DNA of 63,358 nucleotides, filler included, from Basidiobolus ranarum (taxonomy: Eukaryota): the NCBI GenBank assembly GCA_040143965.1. It is 12 parts of 12 records of this genome, joined end to end, with 100 filler letters (N's around TTAATTAATTAA, not from the genome) between each part and the next. Parts side by side here need not be neighbours in the genome. Positions count along the whole stretch, not along the records: positions 10,599 to 15,792 come from JASJQH010008548.1; positions 15,893 to 21,084 come from JASJQH010008549.1; positions 21,185 to 26,375 come from JASJQH010008550.1; 9 more parts are not named here. One strand, written 5' to 3'. Under the pieces are notes generated by a model, which did not search any database, had not been told where the DNA came from, and was given only the letters and a program-made list of their open reading frames with translations. The position numbers were made by a program, and so were the translations under genes. This document shows, one piece after another, positions 11,672 to 23,021 of the stretch; positions within the stretch are counted from its first letter, which is position 1, and every line of letters begins with the position of its first letter.

Positions 11672-12426
11672 GTGCTACTTATTATATGAGACGCCCTTTA
11701 ACCAGAACAGAACTAAGACAGCGGCTCCTACTTAATATACATCCATATATAATGCATGTTGGAATATGATTAGTAATGGTGAGAGATAAATGTGAGTGCC
11801 AAAGAGTAGATGATGAGTAGAAGGGTGAATAATAGTAGATGAATAGATGCTACACGTATATCCGAAAAGGACAAATAATTAAGACAAACTGTTTACCAGC
11901 TCTCAATCCTCTCACATGTATTCATCAGAAAATATTTTGCTGATCGAATCCCAAAACAGTAAGGGCTATAGAATAGAGCTATAGAATAGGGCAGCATTTT
12001 CTTTATGTGGAAATAGTTATCTCGAATATATTCTATATTAGGTAGTAATGTGACTGCTATCTTGGTTTTTGGAGAGGGTAGAAATGCAGGGTAGAAATTA
12101 CACTTGTGGGTATTGTTAACTCAAGCAGACAATCTTTATTCCTATGTAGCTCACACACAGTTATGAGCAACTACAGAGAGAGTAGCAGTAACTGTGGTCT
12201 CATTATGCAAAATAACTGAATAGATTTAGGGTATATTGCCATTATGCGAGTACCAGGAAAGCCTTTTAGAGCCCTGTTAATATAAGCAAGTTGCCCATCG
12301 TTGAAGTCTGATCTCAAGCGATATTCTAAATTTATTAAAAAAATCTAATTTAATAGGTCTATTCCTGCTCAGCAGTTTAGTCTCTATCTATTTTTATGCT
12401 TAGAATAAGCATATCTAAATCTCAAT

Positions 12427-12970
12427 CTATTGGTGCCAGATAAAGGTTACTCCACTTCCAGAGTTAAAGTTTCCATATGAGGTACTGTATCTGCCTCCTT
12501 GTCCGCTGAACTTGTAGTTCCAGTTACTGGTGTATACACTGCCATCATTACCGATACGCTCTACGACACCAACATGCCCGGTTGAGCCGCAACCTTGATA
12601 TCCAGGTTGAATAACAATGATAGAAGGTACGCGAGGCTTACTGGACACTACCCAGCCGTTAGCATTGCGAGCACTTCCCGACCAAGTGCGAGCATCACCT
12701 GACCAGGTGGTATGTTGACAGCTGAGCTGATAATAGCGAGCATCAGCCCAGTCAGTACATTCGCCGTTGTCAAAACGATGATCAAGAGAGCAGGAAGCAA
12801 AGTTTGTAATTCCAGCGAGTCTATTCTGCTCACCTGAAATTTCAGTATGATTAGCTGATGGAGAAACAATGTTCACACTTGGGGGCCGGAAGTGCAGCGG
12901 TTGTTGAGAGATGTATAGTGACAGTGCTAAGGATAATAGCAAATGGTAGCGCGGAGATAAGTTTAACCAT
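12427..12970 (-). CDS. Secreted CHAP-domain (cysteine/histidine amidohydrolase-peptidase) protein with an apparent 1-nt frameshift near the N-terminus
   Basis: GECTDWA (catalytic Cys), GDARTW, GHVGVVE (His/Glu) and SNWNY match CHAP. The ATG at 12970 gives signal peptide MVKLISALPFAIILSTVTIHLSTTAALP, which is out of frame by one base at the G5 run 12881-12885. Confidence 0.85.
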
Positions 12971-14441
12971 TTCAATATTGAGCAGTTGCTGATACTGTTG
13001 GAGTTTTAGCTGTCTCAATATTTATATATTTCTCCTTCATCCATTACGATATTTCAATCCAATCATTTTTGGATCTCGCTCGTATTATTTTTTTACAAAA
13101 AGGGCAATATCCTAGCCTAGGCCCGCTGGATATGGAAATAATAATTGATTTCAATCTGTTTGGATCAATACTACTATTGGGTCAATCCGATCCCAATCCA
13201 AATATTCCTTGTATGGCGTAAAATAAAAATGGTAGAAAAGTGAATGCATGCTTCATTGGATATCATGAACCTGCTTATGTCAAGATGATTGAAAGTTACC
13301 ACTAAGGAAGATTGAGATGTTGTCTAGTGAATGGCTACGGTGGAGTTAGTTGAGACGAATCATAATGAATTAAAAAAGACGCGATAGTTTAACCGCTTAG
13401 GCGTGGAGTATAAGCCAATACTATAGTTAGCTAAGATCAAAGTAATGAATGCGTTTCCAATGAGATGTCAGCGATGGAAGCAGAATTAGAAATGGTGGAG
13501 ATTATAATGGAGCTGATATTTACGACGCAAGACAGAGTATTTAATTTCTAAACTACGATTAGTTCATGTACACTTACTCTACATTAAAGACATATTCAGA
13601 GTTGCCCCAAGCACAGCAAATAAAATATGGATATTTATTCATTCTGTAATTTACTGGGTATTCTCGAAATTCAATCATTAATTCCGAAATCTACAAAGGA
13701 TATCGGTTTCGAGATTTACGAGTGATAACCGTTCTAAGAAAAAGATGATCCTCTATGTGAACCAAAACAATTTACGTCTTTGTTCCGATTAGATGAGCCG
13801 ATTAGAGGAGCCGATTAGATGAGCTACAAAGTAGAAGGAAGTTCCTCAAATTAGGAACTAGGCTAAAGTATGTGCATCAACTACGATATTGAGTGATTCA
13901 CTTCCACCTGTAGCAAAAGCAGGTTTCATAAGTTCCTCTTCAATATTCTAACCAGTAATTTACACCTTGAATCTTAAGCTTCTAACTAATTAACAAAACT
14001 CCTCCAAATATTCCCACTGTAACGAAAACTTGTACAAATAAACAGTCACCGCCAATATAGAAACCACCACCAATATAGAAACCATGAATTAAGGCCCCAT
14101 ATAGATGAATTAAGGCCCTATATAGAAAAGATCAGCAATGATGGCACCATATTGTTAAGCGGAGTACAGCCTCATTGAAAGTAGCACATACACTTTAGTA
14201 CATACGCATCTGGTGGTGCAAGGTCCAAAAGAAACTATTAACCGGAAAAAGGCTAAAATTAGGTAGCGTCTAGAGTTGACGGTGACTCATGTATTCTTCT
14301 CATGGGTGGCTCTATATGTGAATGTTTTTCTGTTTGCGACAGAACTCTATCTTGTATAAAAGACCAAGGAACAGTTCGAGAATCTACAATCCCATTCCAT
14401 ATCGTTTTATCTACCGAGTTATATCTTCCTTTGGGCCTAAA

Positions 14442-14687
14442 ATGTTTGTCAGAACTGTTGTACTTGCAATTACCCTCTGCGGACTGGCTCTCGGTGCTTC
14501 CCAAATATCACTTGAATGTGGATCCGCTGCCCAGAAGTGCGCAAGCGCTTACTCTCAGGGCACTAGAAGTTGCTATGTCTCTGGAACTACTGTTCAATGC
14601 ACCGATCAGAATGTGAAGTGCCAGTACCAAGGTTATTATAACTATACTAACTGCAAATCATGTTCTCTTATTCAGTGCCATGATTAA
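14442..14687 (+). CDS. Small secreted cysteine-rich protein (81 aa, 8 Cys in the mature part)
   Basis: Signal peptide MFVRTVVLAITLCGLALG; TATAAAA at 14355-14361; spacing C-x6-C-x10-C-x8-C-x6-C-x10-C-x2-C-x4-C. Confidence 0.8.
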   Translation: MFVRTVVLAITLCGLALGASQISLECGSAAQKCASAYSQGTRSCYVSGTTVQCTDQNVKCQYQGYYNYTNCKSCSLIQCHD

Positions 14688-15326
14688 TGCTATTAGTATA
14701 TTTACGCACTGAAATAGTAACTACTGTCTACCAACTCTGAATAAACCAAATTCCCCACCCTGATCACCAATGTGACACTTGTAATTGCACTAGTAAGTTG
14801 ACAATATAGATGCGAGTATGTGGAGTTCAATAGGTCTGTGATGAGCGCTTTAAAAATACTATCACAAATGTAATTTGGCCCCAAATATTTTTGGAAGTTC
14901 ATTTCAGCCACGTACATGATAATAGTAACCAGACAAAGGGGAGAAAATTGACATACCAAGCGCTTCCTGACGTCAACTGTAGATTAGACAAATATCCTTT
15001 TCAGCTACATTTTGCCATATTGTTTTCCTTTGTTTTCAACGTCGGTTCGCTTCTACTTATAGTATAATAATAGTAGGGAATTATTGCCCTAAATCTTTGT
15101 AATGTCTTTTCCCACAGTTTTGGTGATATTTACATTTTTGTTACGGTTTTGGTGATTATAGGGTGTGTAGGAGAGGTACAGACGCTAAACTTGGAAAGAA
15201 TTGAGGTTTGGCTATCAGCTATATACGTGCATATTATTCAGTTGACTGTGCCATTAAATTGCTAAGCTAAATATAGCTATATTGATGTGTAAGCTATAAT
15301 AACTTCAATGTATATATGGGGCCTTA

Positions 15327-15792
15327 TGTTGAAGTATTTGGGAGGCTGTTGGAAGTGGTTTGCAGAATTAGAGAAATTGGTGGTTTACACTTATTGAGCT
15401 GACATTTATAGTTTTGTCAAGAAGTAAACAAACTAATGTGTAGAATGTGTTAAGGAAGGTCCCAGGGACATGTGTGCAAAGTTTGTGGCTTCTAGCTCAA
15501 GTTTAAAAAAATCTATATATCTGAGAACTTCTAAGTTGGTAAAAATATTCTAAGTAAATTTCAACTGACAGTCATGGGTAATATCTTAGCAAAGTATAAA
15601 ATAACTAGATATTAAGCTATATATGACTATATAGATATTTAGGTAATGCTAATTCTAACACTCTTCCTCAACTAAATAGTCACATAAACCAATCCTAAGG
15701 AAGGTCTAAATTTCTCAAATTTCTGTCAGGCTAATGGTTTGGTTAATATATCAGCAATCATGTCTTCTGTAGAACCATAAGTTAAGTCTATA
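15327..15792 (-). mobile_element. 3' end of a Ty1/copia element: RNase H tail, polypurine tract and complete 334-bp LTR (family A, 15327-15660)
   Basis: Minus strand reads IDLTYGSTEDMIADILTKPLA*QKFEKF, then GAGGAAGAG directly followed by TGTTAGAATTAGC...TACTTCAACA. Confidence 0.9.
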
Positions 15793-15892
15793 NNNNNNNN
15801 NNNNNNNNNNNNNNNNNNNNNNNNNNNNNNNNNNNNTTAATTAATTAANNNNNNNNNNNNNNNNNNNNNNNNNNNNNNNNNNNNNNNNNNNN

Positions 15893-16291
15893 AGTAGTTG
15901 CTGTTGGTTGTTGGGGTGTACTTCCAGAGTTATTTTCATCACCACCTGGTTGAGTTGGTGCTAGACTTGGCTGAGAATTTGCAGGATTGGGTTGGTTCTG
16001 AGGTGTTTGGCCATCACGATTTGGGTTACTGGTACCATCACTGCTGCCGCCACCATTTCCATTACCATTATCATTACCGTTTCCATTTGCATTACCATCA
16101 CTGTTAGCGTTACCATTTCCTCCATTGCCACTACAGTGTGCCGGTCCAGTACCACAGAAGCCCCAAGTAGAACAGCAAGATCCGGTAGGACAATCGACTC
16201 CATTCCCACATCTACCGTCCAAACTGACAGCAGCTTGGTAAACTGGAGTCATACAGGCGATCAAAGCGACAGTTACAAGAGTAAATTTCAT
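15893..16291 (-). CDS. Secreted protein with hevein/CBM18 chitin-binding domain and Asn/Gly/Pro-rich linker; 3' end truncated by contig end
   Basis: Signal peptide MKFTLVTVALIACMTPVYQA, then DGRCGNGVDCPTGSCCSTWGFCGTGPAHC. Confidence 0.88.
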
Positions 16292-17477
16292 GGTTGTATT
16301 AAAGATTTAGTTTAAAGAATGAAGATCGGATTATGTGATATTGTTTGATATTCAAGGTTAATGAGTTTTCTTTAGACCTTGTGCTCTCTTATTTATACGT
16401 GCAAAGAGGTGATCAAGTTCTCATGCAAATGAATGTTACTTAAATTCCGTGACAGAATCTTAGAATTTAGGTCATCCATTCATAGGATTGGTGAATTTTG
16501 CATGATCATGGAAATATTTATCCAAGTTGCTCGGTCAACATTGCTCGGTCAACATCGCTACTAAAATACGTGATAACTCGTTCAATATTACTCAGCGAAT
16601 CTTAACCGCTGGGAAGTTATTTACCAGTACTACATCTAGTTCACGATGTATACAAATATTCAATACGACAAGCACTGCGTTTTACCATGAGATTTACCAC
16701 GTAAGCTATACAATCATCACGAACCGAATTCTGTAACATTTCAGATAGCCACGCTGGATTGCTCCAAGAGTAAAATGATGAATCTTACATTTTTCTCATC
16801 AGCGTTTCAGTCAACATATCCTATCACAAACATCAATGAATAAGTGTACTTTAGCAAGGAGCACGAGAGATGCTTCAACTTTCTCATTATATATATGCTA
16901 TTTGAAAAGTCCAATATATATATAAGGGTCACTATTATCTAGGATTACATAATGAGGAGTCAAATATCTAGTGAAATTTCAGAAGAGTAAGGCAGTGAAA
17001 GACAGTAACGGCATAGGAAGTTGAAGTACCAACATCATGAATGAATCTAAAGACAATAATTAAGTGGCAATTTGAACAACAGGAGAAAAATGTAAGAGCT
17101 CTCTGGAGTATACTATTTCATATTCTGGACTAAGGTTACTTGTATTCTGATCGTAGATACTGATACCAATAGCATTAAACAGGCACTGTTTGTTTATGTG
17201 ACTGCAGAAGAGAATCAATGTATTTGAATATCAAGTATCAATCAGCACAACTACAATGAAAAACTTGAGCTTAAGCGTAATGTAATTACTCCATATTTGA
17301 CCGTCTCAAGGTTGAGCTTAAAAGTCATTGTTGGGTATTCCATATCTATTGTGGTTAAGAGAAGCAAAGTAATGGCTATTCATAATTGAAAGCATGACTT
17401 TAATCTAACTTCTACTGATTGAGAGACTTTCAGGCCTAATGGCTGAAATTTAGATTGGTATTTTCTAATCAATGCAC

Positions 17478-17645
17478 AGTCCCAGGAACATATGTGCAAA
17501 GTTTGGGGCCTCTAGGATAAAGTTTCAAAATGTTCTAAGTAAATTCCTCTTTGGAATCATGAGTGATATCTTAGCGAAATATGAAATAATTAAATACTAA
17601 GCTATATACAACTATATAGATGTTTAGGCTAAGTTAATTTCAACA
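17478..17645 (-). mobile_element. Partial LTR, family A
   Basis: Reverse complement begins TGTTGAAATTAAC..CCTAAACATCTATATAG and aligns with the 5' half of the other family A LTRs. Confidence 0.75.
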
Positions 17646-17832
17646 GGTTTAACATATGACAATCACAAGAATAGCTTTCTGGGAGTAGTTGAAAATAACC
17701 AGCCCGTAATTGAGCAAATAAGACAGAAGATTAAATAGCGAGAGTGGAGATTCCTGAAAGCAGCTTGAGTGTTTTGGAAATGAGGCAGGAGCTTAAGTAT
17801 GAAGTTGTGAGGAAGCACAGCTAACTAAGGGC

Positions 17833-18140
17833 AAGTTCAGTGGATCTGGGGTGGTGGAATGTCCATGTCCCTGACAAAAGCTACACATGGCTGTAGCTCT
17901 TTCAATCATTTGGCAATCTCATATGATTACCATACAAATATGCAGCCAGTGTACGATTGAATTTTACAAATGGTTACCGAATAGATATTGGCTATATGTT
18001 CCATTGACATAAAGTAGATTTGATTTTGATCAAATGCTCTGGCTATCAATACATAGAATTGCCATTTATTCACTAAACATCACTAAATCTACAAAAATTA
18101 AGACTTCACCTACTCCAACGTGAATGAAGAGAATATCTGC
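17833..18140 (+). repeat. Diverged ~300-bp direct repeat; second copy at ~20386-20700
   Basis: Shared collinear blocks aagttcagtggat.tggggtgg, caaaagctac, ctttcaatc, ggcaat.tcatatg and gtgaatgaag; gttagtcttagataaa.cttatttt at ~18327 and ~20708. Confidence 0.75.
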
Positions 18141-18647
18141 AGTGGGTCCCCTAGATCATATATTTTGGTTTGGTACCCATCACACGTGCTCAATTGTTGG
18201 GTATTGCAAGATTCGGCAATGTAACTAGTAAATTAATAAATGGTTTTCTGGCAACCCCATTATTTAATAGTGCACAAATGCTGCTACCACGAAGATCTCA
18301 TTTTCACTGATAGGACTACTGATAGGGTTAGTCTTAGATAAATCTTATTTTATATAACACTTATATATTTATTACCTGAATACCTGTAGTTTACTAATGG
18401 ATCAGTCTATTTATCAACATATAATCGGTCATTAACTGTGAATGATCTGCCGAGATTGAGAACTATATTGCATTAGATTTGTTCTCTTCTGAAAGCAGAA
18501 GTTTGTGATTCTTTGCAGTGAATCGGTTTTTATTCTCTTGTGCTTATATATATGTGGGGAAACAAGAGATGTGATATTCAAAATATGTTCTTTTAACATT
18601 GTACTCAAACTATAGAATTAGGTCATACAGTTTTGGTATATGAACCA

Positions 18648-19187
18648 CTACAAAGGGTGTTGCTCTGAAAAAATCAACTGCTCCGAAAGCAGCAAAGGAT
18701 TTTGAACCCGCTGGTAGTCAAAGTGGGCATTATGGTACTTAAAATTCAACCTTGAATCGCTCCAATCTATTCCTACTCCAGAACAACCACTACACCCACT
18801 CGCCCAGCTTGTATATGCTGTCATCATTACCTTATTTCCGCCCATGTCAATCAGCTCCATAAAAGGAGGCGCAGATCGCCCATAAATAACGTCACAATTA
18901 AAGAAGCCTTTACCAGTAAGGTTGATCCAACGACCGTTTTTGAAGACAGAGATTAATGGATCAATATCTCTATGGTTGCGTTGTCTATCCCAAGCCCTAA
19001 AGACGGAGTAATGGTCAGATGAGAGGACGATATGGCCATCATCTGTAGCATATAGGCTTCTACCATTAGCACTCAGCTTGAAGAAGCCTGTCAACCTGTG
19101 ATCACCAGATTTTGCACATGGAGAGCGTTGTGCCTCAGCAACCAACAATACCCAGAGTAGATAAGCGCTAATCAGGAACTTGATCAT
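18648..19187 (-). CDS. Secreted hypothetical protein, 179 aa
   Basis: Intronless ORF with signal peptide MIKFLISAYLLWVLLVAEA and a TATA-like element ~95 nt upstream; no family recognised. Confidence 0.75.
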   Translation of the reverse strand: MIKFLISAYLLWVLLVAEAQRSPCAKSGDHRLTGFFKLSANGRSLYATDDGHIVLSSDHYSVFRAWDRQRNHRDIDPLISVFKNGRWINLTGKGFFNCDVIYGRSAPPFMELIDMGGNKVMMTAYTSWASGCSGCSGVGIDWSDSRLNFKYHNAHFDYQRVQNPLLLSEQLIFSEQHPL

Positions 19188-19845
19188 GCTATGTGTGTGT
19201 AGTCAGTGTTGTTACAAGTCAGGATTTTTGTGATGGGATGAGATGTGTGTTAGTGCAGAACAATGGGTAGGCGCAGTTTCTTTATATATGTGAAGAAGGT
19301 GAAAGGTATGCCGAGAAAAAGAGAAAGAGTAGTGAAACCAAATGAGGCGTCTGAAACATGATGTAGTGAAAAAGTGAGATGACGAAACTGTTTATTGCGT
19401 GTAGTTATCATTGCTCTATTTGGGAGAATACACTAAAGGGGCCCCTGAGCTTATGGAGAGCCTTCTCTCATATATAAAAGGTGCTTTCTCAAAATTCTGG
19501 GAAAGGATTCGGAAAAGCTCCAACTACATAACTTGCGCACTCTACACATTATGCAACCGAGAAATACAATTACTCTATATACTCAAGTAAGGGTTAGTAC
19601 TGGTTTTCATTTGAGGACATTTAAAATTTCTACAAAAAAAATAATAAAAAGTAAAATTTAAATTTCTTGAAAAAGCAAATAGTATATGCCTTAATATCGG
19701 CATTTCAATTTAATATACAATATTGAAATTATAATGCCATATTCAGAAACCGAAGGTATGATTTTTTATATTGTAGCATTTTGAACTTTTGCATGTTCAT
19801 ATTTGTTTTAGTAAGTATGCAATTTCCCTGAAACACAACGTGAAA

Positions 19846-19962
19846 ACATGCTATTGTCCTGTAATGCATTTCAACATATGCTATAGTCCTGTAATGCAGT
19901 TCAAGACATGTTATTATCCTGTATGGCAGTTCACATATACAAGTTATCCTGTAACGCAGCCC
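19846..19962 (+). repeat. ~30-bp tandem repeat, 4 diverged copies
   Basis: acatgctattgtcctgtaatgcatttcaac / atatgctatagtcctgtaatgcagttcaag / acatgttattatcctgtatggcagttcac / atatacaagttatcctgtaacgcag. Confidence 0.85.
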
Positions 19963-21730
19963 ATCTTGGTGGTTTTATCTACAAAATAGTAAAAAAATCT
20001 CACAAGCATATATATGTCCTTACGTTGGTTCATGATGCAGGTGCAATTCCGTGCAATACTTAATGCTAATAATATACGGCACAAGTACACTAGATTCACA
20101 ACCATTATATTACTCCAATCTGCTATCTATTATTCACTTTGCTTTTTAGAATACATTGCTACCGATAATTCATGCCAAGGACTTATTATTATATTCACTC
20201 ACTCTACGTTCATAATTACTGCTACATTCAAGTAAAGCCTCGACGATGTCAACCCATTTTTCAAGTTGAATTTGATCAACCTCTAGATACTTGATTCTCT
20301 CAGAGGAAGCCTTTGATCAAACGCAGTTGATTGTTCTACAATAATCAAAGGGCACAAATGAAAAATAACCTGCTTACCCTAGGATAAGTTCAGTGGATGT
20401 GGGGTGGGGTGGAATGCTTACTTGCACCACAAAAGCTACTCGTCAACATTGAACTTTCAATCGTATGGCAATTTCATATGTTACCACTCCGCTATATAAA
20501 TATTCATCCACAGCATAAGGTTGAGCTTTACGAGTGGTTACAGAATAGGTATCAGACATTTCTTCCATTAACTCTAAATAGGTTCAATTCTTATCAAATC
20601 TTCAAGATAGGCTAGGTGTTTGTTTACAAAATACTGGGCCAAATTTACAAAATTTAAAACTTTGCCCACTTCAGGGTGAATGAAGGAGATTCAGTGAGAT
20701 ACCTAGAGTTAGTCTTAGATAAACCTTATTTTTCTTTACCACTGTTTAATTGGGTAACGATCTGTCCCTCGATCAAGAAATCCAAGATTGATCAGATTTT
20801 AACGCATGAAGAATTAGTAAGAAACAGATGATGGCTCTAAATCTTCATATAATTGCAAAAGTGAAACAAATCCCATATTTGTAAAGAAAGTCAATATTAT
20901 AAAACCCGATGGTAAAAGAGTTGTCAAGTTTGTGGACAATAATGAGAAGGTGATATAATCAATTTTATATGAAAGCATTTTCTAAATATCACTGCAAATG
21001 AATCAAACAGAGTTTTGAATAGTAGCGCAGAACAGAGTAGTGGGGGGGGGGTAAGTCATGTTAATATGATATTTGAGAGCCGCTNNNNNNNNNNNNNNNN
21101 NNNNNNNNNNNNNNNNNNNNNNNNNNNNTTAATTAATTAANNNNNNNNNNNNNNNNNNNNNNNNNNNNNNNNNNNNNNNNNNNNTTCTCAGTGTTCCTCA
21201 ACAAATTCAATATTCCTCTCTCATTTCTATCCAAGCCTAGTATCCACTAGCACCTACAGAACACCAAGCCTAGCTGCCTAGCAAACCTACTCTCTGCCAT
21301 AACATAGCAACCCACTGCTATTCCCAAGACATATATTAGTTAGATCTGCTCTGCTGATATATCCTGCTTAAACAGTTCTAAGATTCTGCACTTAACTGTT
21401 TCTTTAGTTCAGTAAAGTTCAAGACTTTTTATCCACTTTTCTCTTGGACACAACAATACTGATGCTCTTTTTCAGTTCCATAGTCAAAAAGCACTAAAGT
21501 TAAGGCTGGCAGCCTTGATTTTGGCCATCAGACCTGAGTTGTTATGAATATTACATTGAAGTGTAAGTTTTATAAATCTATGAATTTCCCTTTCCGTATC
21601 AAGCTGTTTTCATGCAATTGACAAAAATTTGGCACATATATCCCCACAAGATTAATAGTTCTTTCCCTATATTAAATTTGTAAGCACAATATGATATTCC
21701 CAATAAAGATTCTGAAAGCCTAACCCTAAG

Positions 21731-21800
21731 GTCAATTCCAAATGGATTAAAATTGTGATGGTTTTCCTATGATAACAATCCTCAAATTTCTGTTAGGGTA
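21731..21800 (+). repeat. Fragment of the TIR of the 5825-7256 element
   Basis: gtcaattccaaatggattaaaattgtgatggttttcctatgataacaatcctcaaatttctgttaggg matches ~5954-6021. Confidence 0.85.
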
Positions 21801-23021
21801 TTGTATTTACTATTCCTATCTTTATTCACACAACCATTCCCTATATCACATCAAAGTTAGTGTTTGTTATTTAGTCAAATATCACTAAGCTGCAAATAGG
21901 AACATACATTCAGTATAAATCAATCACGCAGTTGGAATTTCAAAAGCATTCAAAATAACCCTAGATTGGCCTTCAAATGCTTCCAGTTCAATTTGGCCCG
22001 TTGGTTTCTTTTACTCCTCAGAGAAAACCACTTAAAGATACTATCATCTTACCATGTTCTCATTTTCAATTGGCTGAATTCTCACTCTTTATCGTTGACA
22101 TCTATCAAGTTTCATTATGACCAAGTCTCCATAATTCTCTATATACCTTTATCGTTGATAAATGTGTGGCTATATTGAACTAGATGACTTGCAGTGTCTC
22201 GAAAGTATCTTCCATAGAGCAATTAAAGAGTTATTATCTTCATGTGTCTTAGGTGCACCAAATATAAACTCACTAGAATTCATGTCTGGAATCATTTAAT
22301 AGTGAATACAATAACATAGAGTTAGACGATCTACAAACCCCACGATTGGTATATTACCAATTAATTGTTAACCGTAAATTGTTGATCGTTAACTGGAATT
22401 CATTCATATCCTAAAAGTGGCATTGTGCTTGCCTGACATTACCCAAAGTCTGGTTGAAAGAAAGGAAAAATAACTGGCAGCCTCGTGTGCCCAAAAACTT
22501 GGTGAGATCATTTCATGACCGTCCAAATTTTCAAGTGAAAGCTAGAAAGGCATATATAATACTCCGTATGTTTTACAATATTAGTGTTTAGTTCATTTCA
22601 CGAACACTAGAGAGCGTGTAATCTGGTATTTTTTAATACTGTAGGTCTACTTCTTCCTCAATGAACAACCACCCCACTTGTTGGCAACAAGAAACCTGTG
22701 TGAAAGCCTCTTGTCAAATTGAATACTGTGCTGCTACGAGCAACCAACAACTGGGTCTTTGGTGTGATGACTTACTGGGAGTGATGTTGAAAAAATCGAA
22801 GGTTAACTGTTCTTCCATCAAGTACTAACCACAGATGCCGTTATGCATTCTCTAATGCCTATGTTTATCTGTTAAGATATGGAAGTAAAAGGAAACAGAC
22901 CAAATAACTCGCACGTATATTACCTTCAGGTTCGTAAGACTACTCTGTTATGAAACAGTATGTTGTGAATGTTACATGTGGCACCAGATCCCTAGTTTCT
23001 GAGTGATCATTTCATCCTTTT

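Noticed and set aside
10599-11760. Stop-codon reassignment (TAA/TAG read as Gln)
   Set aside because: Intact genes in the window end normally at TAA, TAG and TGA and contain no internal stops; pseudogenisation is simpler.
19846-19962. CRISPR-like array
   Set aside because: Repeats are directly adjacent with no unique spacers, there are no cas genes, and the context is eukaryotic.
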